Source of the DNA: Mustelus asterias
Lineage: Eukaryota
Assembly (NCBI RefSeq): GCF_964213995.1
Contig: NC_135809.1
Location: forward strand, 136,834,001 to 136,898,000
Reading direction: 5' to 3'
DNA length: 64,000 nucleotides
The notes under the pieces are model-generated. The model was not told the DNA's origin and did not search any database. It saw only the letters and a list, made by a program, of their open reading frames with translations. Positions 51,395 through 62,330 of this stretch are shown here, in pieces (position 1 is the stretch's first letter; every line of letters starts with the position of its first letter). The position numbers and the translations under genes are program-made.

Positions 51395-52045
51395 AAACAC
51401 AGTAAGAGTTTTAACAACACCAGGTTAAAATCCAACAGGTTTATTTGGTAGCAAATGCCATTCGCTTTCGGAGCACAGCTCCTTCGTCAGATGGAGTGGA
51501 TATCTGCTCTCAAACAGGGCACAGAGATACAAAATCAAGTTACAGAATACTGATTAGAATGCGAATCTCTACAGCCAACCAGGTCTTAAAGATACAGACA
51601 ATGTGAGTGGAGGGAGCATTAAGCACAGGTTAAAGAGATGTGTATTGTCTCCAGACAGGACATCCTAAACCAGGATCTTGGGTTTATGTCACACTATCAG
51701 TCACCCCCACAGCTTGCCTCCTGGACTTGCAGAGTCTCACTGGCTGTCCTGTCTGGAGACAATACACATTTCTTTAACCTGTGCTTAATGCTCCCTCCAC
51801 TTACATTGTCTGTATCTTTAAGACGTGGTTGGCTGTAGAGATTCGCATCCTAATCAGTATTCTGTAACTTGATTTTGTGTCTCTGTATGCCCTGTTTGAG
51901 AGCAGATATCCACTCCATCTGACGAAGGAGCAGCGCTCCGAAAGCTAATGGCATTTGCGACCAAATAAACCTGTTGGACTTGAACCTGGTGTTGTTAAAA
52001 CTCTTACTATGTTTACCCCAGTCCAATGCCGGCATCTCCACATCA
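51395..52045. mobile_element. fold-back PLE insertion with two inverted hammerhead motifs (51458-51494 minus; 51915-51951 plus)
   Basis: about 270-bp inverted arms; TSD TCATTCAATAGAAA at 51384-51397 / 52043-52056. Confidence 0.9.
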
Positions 52046-52194
52046 TTCAATAGAAAGCCAGGGCTCAAGATTTGGCAATGAAGATCGCATTAGAACGCTT
52101 CCTCCTCTTCTTTTCCTCAAGATGCCTGTAATGTTCTAACTATGACAGAGGTTATGGGTTTTTAACAAAGAGAAAGGATGTGGTTTCACACATG

Positions 52195-52322
52195 GGGTGG
52201 GATTCTCCAGTCACGTCGGTTGCGAAGCGAGAATGGAAAATTTAGTATTCCAGCCAAAACTCCATTCACTTTCAACGGCACTGGAAAATCTCAGCCACGA
52301 ACGAGGTCAGAGAATTTTGGCC
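52195..52322. mobile_element. MITE (7313-type family, diverged)
   Basis: gggtgggattctcc...agagaattttggcc; shared internal gcgagaatggaaaattt..cagccaaa..tccattcac. Confidence 0.7.
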
Positions 52323-52337
52323 ACAGATTCAACCATA

Positions 52338-52875
52338 GGGCAGCACGGTGGCACAGTGGTTAGCACTGCTGCCTCACAGTGCCAGGGAGCCGGATTCGAT
52401 TCCCGGCTTGAGTCACTGTCTGTTTGGAGTCCGCATGTTTTCTCCATGTCTGCTTGGGTTTCCTCCGGGTGCTCCAGTTTCACCGCACAGTCCAATATTC
52501 TTTGAAGGCACATCATCCTCTGCCAATATTGCAAAGTTTCAGAACATCAAGTTTCTCCAATGCTGCTGGAAGGGTTTGAGATGTGGAGAAACTACAATGA
52601 AGTTCTGAAACTTTGCATTGTTGGCAGAAGAAGATGTGCCTTCAAGGCATATTGGGCTATGGGATGAAACCAGAGCACCCGGAGGAAACCCACGCAGACA
52701 TGCAGAAATACATTGCCTCTTCGTGTCCCAAGATATGTAGGTTAATAGATTAGCCATGGTAAATGTGTGGGGTTACAGGAATAGGGTGGGGCAGAGGGCC
52801 TGGTTAAGACACTCTGTCAGAGTCGGTGCAGACTTGATGGGCCAAATGGTCTCCTTCTGCAGGTATTCTATGATT
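52338..52875 (+). mobile_element. HE1-type SINE rearranged by an internal inverted duplication
   Basis: head 52338-52493, tail 52709-52875; hairpin arms 52438-52559 / 52584-52708. Confidence 0.85.
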
Positions 52876-53151
52876 ATAACAACAACCGATTTATTGAGGA
52901 GCCACTGCCTGTACAGAGTTGATGTGGGTCTGTCACGATGTTTCTCTTGTTGTATTTAAAACTATCATTCCCCTCACGCAGCCAAAGTCACAGAGTGGTT
53001 CAAGATCATCCATTGACAACTATAGCACTGCAGGACTCTGATTCAGCCATTCAGACCATGCAGAGTGTAGAATTCAGAAATACACAAACAATTATAGTTC
53101 TAAATTTGATTACAAATAATTAGCATGTACCAATAAAAGAATAGGAATTAT

Positions 53152-53342
53152 AAATTTAAAGTTTATTTCTTAGTGTTGCAGGTAAGCTTACATTAACACT
53201 GCAATGAAGTTATTGTGAAAATCCCCTAGTCGTCACACTCCAGCGCCTGTTCGGGTACAGTGAGAGAGAATTTAGCACAGCCAATGCACCTCTTTCAGAC
53301 TGTGGGAGTAAACCGGAGCACCCGGAGAAAACCCATGCAGAC
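53152..53342 (-). mobile_element. type-2-tail V-SINE, head missing
   Basis: tail plus partial V-core. Confidence 0.82.
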
Positions 53343-53660
53343 CTACTCGAGTGGAGTGGGTGCAGGGTGGCCGTTGTCCCACCGACAAGGGAGAGAATCA
53401 CTCGGGCCTTGGTGGCGGTTTTGGGATGGCTGTGTGATATAAGTATCAGGTTACCGGTCAGTTATAAACGGTGAGCCTGGTTCAGCGCTCTCTCCTGTGG
53501 AGTTGCCCCAGTGCAGCATTCCCCGGCCTTTGAAATTTCAAAGGCTGTAAGAGAGAGACACTCGCAGCTATCGGCAGACCCCCAAATACCGGCCTGTAAG
53601 TGGAGTAAAGAGAACGATCCGCTACAGGAGGCCAGCACTGAGCAGGTTTAGGACAGAGTG

Positions 53661-53914
53661 ACATTCTCCTCATGTCTGCGTGGGTTTCCTCTGGGTGCTC
53701 CGGTTTCCTCCCACAGTCCAAAGATGTGCGGGTTAGGTTGATAGGCCATGCTAAAAAAAAAATTGCCCTTAGTATCCTGAGATGTGTAGGTTAGAGGGAT
53801 TAGTGGATAAATATGTAGGGATATGGGGGTAGGGCCTGGGTGGGATTGTGGTCGGTGCAGACTCGATGGGCCAAATGGCCTCTTTCTGTACTGTAGGGTT
53901 TCTATGATTCTATG
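53661..53914 (+). mobile_element. HE1-type V-SINE, 5'-truncated
   Basis: V-core and (TTCTATGA)n tail. Confidence 0.88.
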
Positions 53915-54644
53915 AACATCAGAACAACGGGCACTTGTGAGGACTAAAATTGAAGATACATTGAAGCCATTATCATTAATAAGATATAAAGAGGATAATG
54001 TTTAATTATTTAGCAAGGTCATCTTTTTTAACCATAATCAGTCCATTGTAATTTTTAAAATGATTGTATTTTAAATCTGTTTGAAATTATATTCAGGTTT
54101 TGGCTTACATGAATGGAAAATACTTTTATCCTGCGATGAGTAGCATTATTAATCTTCTCTCAGACTGATGTACAATTCCCTTTTGTCAGTGGAGCCAAGC
54201 TTCATAGAATAATGACACAAAATAATTGAAGTAAAATACCTTTTTATTTGGTGATATATTCTGCTGACTTTTATTTATCTGCTTTAATTAAATGATGGAA
54301 CCACATTGTGAGACAAAAACTGCTCATTTGAGCAAATAGCATCACAGACAACAGTGAACCTGTGAAGTCTGATATATCTGATACAATAGTGCACATTGCT
54401 GAGGCAGCAAGTGCAGCCATTCACGTTACCTCTCTTATTTGGATTGCAATGCATTATTCGTCTGTGACAGATAACTCCAAAATGGTTTTGCATCATTTCC
54501 TAAAGGGATTAATTATTCTAATTCTATTCAGCAATGGAACCTGCTGTTAAGCCGCTTTGACTCCTTGTAGATCTAGCTTTTCATGTTGAAATTTGGAATA
54601 TTTATTTTCTAATTATGGGCTGGACAATTTCACAAATTAAGAAT

Positions 54645-55445
54645 TGTTATGGTTCAGGTCAGAAACTCCAAAGTGTTTTATGAAGGCCACCTGAATCATA
54701 AGCTTTGCCTCTTGAATTTGACTAGGATAAACATGATATGTTTCACTCCAGGTATGATTCAAATGACCTATTAGGGAGCTTTTACAGAACAAAGTTTGTT
54801 TAAGAATATAGTTAACATGTATAGTAAGAAAATTAGCAAGACTTTTTATCAAGTACAAACAAGAAACAAAACAACCCTCAACAAAGGTTTTTTTTCCAAT
54901 CAAACCAAAAGCCTTGCCTCAGACAAAACCCTTTAACAAGTTCAATACAGCAAAGTCTACTGCTCATGTGATAATGGAAATTGAATCCTTTGGTTGAAGT
55001 CTGCAGTTCTCTGGATTCACTCTGAACAGTTTGAAGACAAGGCAGCTTCTCAAAACACCAGACTCTGGTCCAACTCCCAACAACAGCAGATTTTCACCCT
55101 TAAGGAAAACAAGTTCTTGTTTTCAGCTAACCAACAGAATTTTCAAAACAACAAGGAGAGAGGGAAAATATTTCTTTTAGCTTGCTGTCCATTCTAAAAC
55201 TCAACTCAAAACATGCAGCTCCAAACTGAAACTGAAAAAAACTGTCCAAAAACACATGACCATCTTCCTAACAATGCAGGATCATAAAACTAATCCGAGA
55301 GTAAACACAAACAATCCCATTTAAGTCACTTAAGAAGCAATGAAAGGGCATTTCCAGTCAAGCCGGCAACAATGACATCACTGTGAGAACTGCAGAAATC
55401 ATGATTTTTAAAAATGAACTTTCTTAAAGGTACACTAACATTACA
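54645..55445 (-). mobile_element. solo LTR (family 1), 801 bp
   Basis: TGT...ACA ends with perfect 4-bp TSD GAAT (54641-54644 / 55446-55449); homologous to 19182-19995. Confidence 0.85.
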
Positions 55446-55730
55446 GAATTGAGTGAACTCTGGCCTTTGCATCTTTGTTTTCATTTAGAATCATGGGCCA
55501 GTAGATCACTGAAACAAAATGACAGTGACAATGTGGTGAAAAAGAATTGAAAAATACCGTGAATATCTATTTTTACTCAGCCAGTCTTTCACATTTCCAT
55601 CTGAAATCCACGAGTTACAATTGTCATTTTTATGAGTGAAAAATATTATTTTAGTGACCACCCTCTGGAAGAGTTGCCCCCTCCCCCCCCTCCCCACCCA
55701 CTGCGGTGGTCCAGCAGCTGTTGCCACTTC

Positions 55731-55950
55731 TTCTGTGTGGAGTTTGCACGTTCTCCCCATGTCTGCGTGGGTTTCCTCCGGGTGCTCCGGTTTCCTCCCA
55801 CAGTCTGAAAGACATGCTGGTGAGGTGCATTGACCCAAACAGGCGCCGGAGTGTGGTGACTACGGGAATTTCACAGTAACTTCATTGCAGTGTGAATGTA
55901 AGCCTATTTGTGACTAATAAATAAACTTTAAACTTAAAAAAAACTTAACT
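55731..55950 (+). mobile_element. type-2-tail V-SINE, 5'-truncated
   Basis: V-core then ...ttcacagtaacttcattgcagtg..gtgactaataaataaacttt. Confidence 0.85.
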
Positions 55951-56271
55951 GCAACATTTTAAACATTGTTAAAAGGATGTCTCAGGGTGGAGTTCACCTC
56001 ACTTTATCCTTACCTAAAATGGCAGGCTGCAGCTTCCTCTGTGCTGGGGGTCTCCTTAGCGAGATAGCCTGTGACCACTGTACTGCCCCACCCCTCCCTC
56101 ACTGGGCCATCTGTCACTTGTTTTGCTGTTTTGTTCCCACTCAGCACTGACCGTTATTCTCCTATTAACACAGGATCAATTGGTAGTCGACCTGACTCCA
56201 GGTCATACGTGCACCCCCTACAACCCCCACAATTCTTGTTGGCACTTTCTCAAAAGGCAAGCCAGGCCTAG

Positions 56272-56630
56272 ATTTTATTTTTCATTCATTTGTGGGACAT
56301 GGGCGTCGCTGGCTGGCCAGCATTTATTGCGTATCCCTAGTTGTCCTTGGAGGGCAATTGAGAGTCAACCACATTGCAGTGGTCTGGAATCATATGTAGG
56401 CCAGACCAGGTAAGGATGGCAGATTTCCTTTGCTAAAGGACATTAGTGAACCAGATGTGTTTTTCTGACAATCGACAATGGTTTCATGGTCATCAGTAGA
56501 TTCTTAATTTCAGATAGTTTTTTAAAATGCAAATTCCACCAACTGCCGTGGCGGGACTTTAACCCAGGACCCCAGCGCATGAGCTGAGTTTCTGGATTAA
56601 TCGTCTAACGATCATCCCACTGGGCCATCG
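56272..56630 (-). mobile_element. L2/Crack-like LINE 3' fragment
   Basis: shared with 26710, 38590 and 61836 copies. Confidence 0.65.
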
Positions 56631-57996
56631 AATCCTGCTCCCTGGCTCAGGGACAAAATTCCAGGCCAGTGTGTGCAGTGCTCCCATAGTTCAATGTCCT
56701 TAACAAGGCACAGAAGCCACATTCATAAGAATCCCTGCTCCTTGCAGGTGTCGACTGAATCAATGGTGACTGATTTATGGGATAGATCCGAGATGGGAGA
56801 TTGCACCGGAAGTTTGAAGGCAAATGATTTCATACACAAAATGGGCAAACATGAATCGGATTTCTCTCCCCAGTGTTCAAACTCAAATTATAAAACTGAC
56901 ACTGAGGCAGAGAGTGATTGAAATTATAATGTGTTTTACATTGATGCTGTTCGCTATACAGTAACTGGTTAATAGTTTCCTCACCTGTTTCAAACAATGA
57001 TTATATCCTTCAGAACATAGATTTCCCCAGCTGGTGGCTTTTGAAGGTGGTTGGGGGCGGGGAGGGGGGGGGGGGGGGGAGCAGGGGTATGGAATGGCGG
57101 CCTGTAAAATTCTCTGTGCCCCAGACTGCTTGACTCTTTTATGTGGGGTGGGCCACCTGTTAGTGACCAACTACTGACCACCGAAGGACCATTCCCACCC
57201 AGCCTCAGGTTTGAGGCTGGTGGGAGGAGTTTGGGACAGGGGTAGCCTGACAGGTTTGGGCCTCAGGCACTCAGGCAAGGAGAGGGGGCATCACCCTCTC
57301 AGGATCCCTTTCCATATCAGGCACCTTCCACCCCACCCCACTAAGGTCTGCCCCTCTGGGTACTTCCTCACCCCTTGACACCTGTATCAAAAGATGCCCA
57401 GCCTCTCTCCCTCCACTCTGGACCTCCCCACACCCCCATGAGGCCCAACCTCTTCCCCAACCCTCCACACTTACCTAATCCTGGACTCTGAGGCTACGTG
57501 TTGTCCACATCCTGGCCAATGCTGACACTGGTAGTGCTGGACCACAGAACTGCCAGCCAATCAGATTGATTGACAGCTCCCTGAGGCAGGACTTCCTCAT
57601 GAGTGATGGGCGATGGATCTGCCCCCAGCCAATCAATGCTCTTTGGGGTGTTGCATGCCTGTGGGTCTGCTGTGGTTCGGTGGTGAGATGGGAAACCCCA
57701 TCTTCTGAAAAGTCCTGCCCATTGTATCCCAATGCCTAGCAACCCTTTTGGCTGTGCACAGAGGTTGTTAGACTGTTCAGAGATAGTCAGGACTGTGACA
57801 AGGCTATGAGCCTTCTGCTAGCGGGGTCTTCTGCTTCTGCCATTTGTTCAACATGGAGGAGTACTGATTCATCAGCCAAAGGAGGATGAAACATGGTGAA
57901 CAGTAAGAGGTTTCCTTGCTCATGTTTAACCTGAAGCCATGAGACTTCATGGGGTCCGGAGTCGATGTTAAGAACTCCCAGGGCAACTCCCTCCCG

Positions 57997-58450
57997 ACTT
58001 GATGGTTTGAGTTATAAGGAGAGGCTGGATAGACTGGGACTTTTTTCTCTGGGGCATAGAAGGCTGAGGGGTGATCTTATAGAGGTCTATAAAATAATGA
58101 GGGGCACAGATCAGCTAGATGGTCAATATCTTTTCCCAAAGGTAGGGGAGTCTAAAACTAGACGCCATAGGTTTAAGGTGAGAGGGGAGAGATACAAAAG
58201 TGTCCAGAGGGCAATTTTTTCACACAAAGGGTGATGAGTGTCTGGAACAAGCTGCCAGAGGTAGTAGTAGAAGCGGGTACAATTTTGTCTTTTAAAAAGC
58301 ATTTAGATAGTTACATGGGTACGATGGGTATAGAGGGATATGGACCAAATACGGGCAATTGGGATTAGCTTACGGCCTTTCAAAAAAAAAGGGCAGCATG
58401 GACAAGTTGGGCCAAAGGGCCTGTTTCCATGCTGTAAACCTCTCTGACTG
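57997..58450 (+). mobile_element. CR1 3' fragment nested in a minus-strand LINE APE-region fragment (57800-58710)
   Basis: ORF 57965..58234 GLSYKERLDRLGLFSL..RGDLIEVYK; gact on both flanks. Confidence 0.88.
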
Positions 58451-61400
58451 TGTACCACTGTGCCACCGCCACCTCTGCTGGATCTGTCCTGCCAGTGGGA
58501 CATATCCAGGGATAGTAATGGTGGTATCTGGGGTGTGATCTATAAGGTATGATTTTGTGAGAATGACGATGTCAGGCTATTGCTTGACTAGTCTGTGAGA
58601 CAGCTCTCCCAATTTTGGCACAAGCCCCAGATGTTAGTAAGAAGGACTTTGCAGGATCGACAGGGCTGGTGTTTTTTTCCATTTCCATTTCCGCTGCCTA
58701 GGTTGATGCCTTCAGCTGTCTTGATCAGTCAAAATAACCTTTCTTCCCCGCACTCTGCTATTTTTACAACTAGTAAACTAAAAGTGTTCAAAGGAAATGA
58801 AAAAGAAAAGGCAATGCTTTTAATGCCACCATCATTTCCCTTCTGGGTTTCTTTGACTACTTAATCTTTAATTCTCAGAGACTCTAGGGGAATCCTGGAA
58901 TGTTGGTGATCCTAAATTCCAAGGTCTTTGAAGGGCCTCCCCTTTGTTTCCTGGTTGGTAAGTTGGGCAGCAAATTCTCGTGTTGCGTTTCTGACTTCCT
59001 CCAGGCTCGCTTTAGAACCTGATGCTTTGCTGTAACTTGGGCTCAGTTGAAAAAGTGGGTTTTAGATCTAATTCTTTTGAAAGAAGCGGATGTACAAGTG
59101 GAGTACAGGGAAAATGATTTTACAAAAGGAATAAGTATTTGGAAAGCGCTCCTGTTTATTTTTTGGCTCACCACAGCTTAAGTGACTTCATTACTGAGCT
59201 TTTTGACTCAAGTTACATTGCAAGATGGATCACAAACAACTATCTTTAAAGATCGCACTGCTTTCTTTACAAGCATGATTGGACATTTTCTCTTTATTTA
59301 TAATGCCACAAATCTGCAAAAATATTGCAATTTCCAGCTTCTCTTTCGGGGCCTGTAAAAGTAGTCCAATAAAAACAAAATCTATATTCCTTTTACCAAC
59401 TGCATTACCCAGAGAAATAACACCTTGGGCAATAAAACAAGATAGCTGCTTCAATTTCATATATATATCAAAAAGAATACAAGCATTAGCAATAAACACA
59501 CAAACAGCCAGGCATTCAATTGCCATGAAACAAGTGGAATCTTCAATTCCAAACAAAGGGAAAGTGGCTTTTATTTAAGGAGCGTTAAGTGCTGGAGTAA
59601 ACCCCCAGGAGCACAGAATCATATCTTAATATGGGATGAATAGCAAACAATAACATTAATGATATTACCTTTACGCAGCAGTGCAGCCCTCAGAATAATT
59701 GAAATACTCTTCAGTTTGGAATTAGCATAATCAGACACATGAAAACTAATCCAGACAGACATTCCAACATTGCAGGAGAGTACCGAGAACAGCTGGCGTG
59801 AGACCAGGGGCAGAATCTTATGTTCCTGCCGAGAGGGTGGGACAATTATCTACCGAGAACCAATTTCCGAAGAGGGGCGCGGGACGGGAGGAAGGGGTGG
59901 ATGGGGTTTGGTGATGATGGCAGCGGATGGTTTTGCCAAAGCTTGGCATTCGAATCCTACAGCCCCCTGACCAGCTTCAGAGGGCGGGCAGGCTGACCTG
60001 TTCATTCCACCAAAGGAGGGGTTTTCGAATTGACGGCCTGGGTTTACAATCACTCGCCGGCACTTTGACCAGTGACCACAGGAATGGAGAGGAGATCTGG
60101 GATTGCCGCTCACTGAGTTGGTCACTCTCAGCTGGAGGCCCTGTGGTGGGATCTGAGGGATTGCAGTGAGGTGTGGTCTCCTAAAGACATACTAAAGTAT
60201 TGAGTATTCACAACCCTCTGGGATAAAGAATGCCAAACATTTACAACCCTTTAAGTGATAAACCCCTGAGTATGTTGAAGACTGGTTTCAATAGATTTTT
60301 GCGACTAAGGGAATCAGGGGTATTGGGGTAGAATGGGAAAGTGGAGTTGATGTAAAAGATCCAATTCTAGCAGTGAACCCTCAATGCTCTGTGGTGATTA
60401 AACATACAGTTCAGAGCCTTTCTAATCATGGAATCTTTCAGTCCCAACATCTCATTCCCTCACCTTGGTTTGAAATGAATGATCCAATATTCTCAGACTG
60501 TGATACCAAGTCTAGACTCTACAGTCAAGAGAAATTTCCAAAAGAGATGGGGGTAGGGCTGGGTGACATCGGGAACTTGACCTGATGTCAATGTGAAGGT
60601 CTTTACCAACTCACATACATCAGATCCCACCTCCGCCTCGCTGGGGAACCTTTGCCCCAGGTCTCAGGTAGAGCAGAGACTGAAGAAAGGTGAATGAAGG
60701 GAAGGTGCTGGGCTGTGATGATTGCATTAAAGATAGAACTCAGTCAACAGTGTGGGAGAAAACATCGTTACCTCATGCCCTCTTCAAATAACAAATTGTA
60801 CATTTATTACTCAGGTGTCAATGACATTTCCCTTGCCTTTCCCAGGATATTTCAGCAGTTTTTGTGGATTGGCAGTTTTTCTTGATGCCACCAAAATGCC
60901 AGTTTTCTGATCATCTTTTTTAAAAATGTTCTTACGAACATAAAAAAAAATGTCAGGCAGGAGAAGCTTAGCTGGCTCAATAAAACTGAGATCAGAGCGC
61001 CGTTTATAAAGGGTGCCTTGATCAGAGAAAAAATAACCTCCCTCCACCCTCGCGATCAAAGCCGACATGTCTCCCATCCCTGCGATCAAAGCCAACATCA
61101 CCCTCTCCCTCTCACTCTACCCCCCCAAAATCAGCCTCTCTGCTGTCACGTCTGCTCCCCCAACCACCACAAATAAATGAGTTGCCCCCCCCCCCCCCCA
61201 CCCCCCATGAGTTTTCCATTAGGGTCCTTGGAACTACCCCCGGCATAGGTTGGCACTGCCAGGTGGCAGGGGACAGTTCCAAGGGGCATTGCCCAGGCAC
61301 TGCCTGGTCATGTTCCTCTCCCCTGGGGTCTATATGCCTGGGTGAACTTTTTGGAAACCTCAGAGATGTGATGTCAAGTCAGCAAGGTATGAAAATGCAG

Positions 61401-61835
61401 CGAAGGCGGGCGGGGTGGGGGTTCTTTAATTATATTTAAACATATGTGGATGTATTGTCATCAGGTTCATGCCCATTATAGCTGTTAATCTGATTACGAT
61501 GCCGGTGAGGGGTGATGAAAATCAGAATTTACTACCTTGCCAGCGAGATTTGCAGTTTCCGTGTTAGGAATCTTGAGCCCCTGTTGTCAATCCCACAGTT
61601 GGAGATTGCGGCTTAAGATCGCCCCTGTTGTCTGCACAAAGTAAATGGCCAAGTGTCATAAACTGACAAGCAAATTTTGGAGATTTGAAACTTATGAAGT
61701 TCCTCTAAATGTTCTGAAGTTGCAGCTAAGTTGTGTATTAATAACTGCAGGTATCATTAATATACCAGCCTTTTTTTCCACAAGACCTGGCCCACTGTTT
61801 CAATAGGGATGCAATCCAACAATTGCACTACTTCT

Positions 61836-62330
61836 TTTTAATTCTTCCGTGAGTTGTGAGCACTATTGGCTCGGCCAGCATTTATTGTCCATTCATAATT
61901 GCCCTTGAGAAGGTGTTGATGAACCGCCGCCTTGAATCCCTGCAGTCCATATGGTATAGATACACCCACAGTGCTGTTAGAGGGAAGAGGTAGCAGGTTA
62001 AGAACGTGAAGTTGAAGGAAGCTCAGTATGTTTCTGCAGTGCATCTTATAGATGGTACACGCTGCTACCACTGTGCATCGGTGGTGGAGGAAGTGAATGT
62101 TTAAAGTGGTGGATGGGGGACTGATCAAGTGGGCTGCTTTGTCCTGGATTGTGCTGAGTTTCTTGAGCATTGTTGGAGCTGCACTCATCCAAGTGGAGAG
62201 CATTCTATCACACTTCTAACTTGTGTCTTGATGATCGGCAGTCTTTGGGTATTTATGGCTACAATGTGTATCATTTACAATATGCACTATAGCAATTTCA
62301 ACAGCACTCCCAAAGCTGAGACCTCTACCA
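61836..62330 (-). mobile_element. L2/Crack-like LINE 3' coding fragment
   Basis: ORF 61838..62203 WMSAAPT.LKKL.TIQDKAA.LI..LHHR.TV..CTIYKMHC. Confidence 0.75.

Noticed and set aside
54284-54550. Short ORFs in unique sequence (also 59230-59578 and 32630-32915)
   Set aside because: No recognisable domains or convincing splice context; lengths are compatible with chance.
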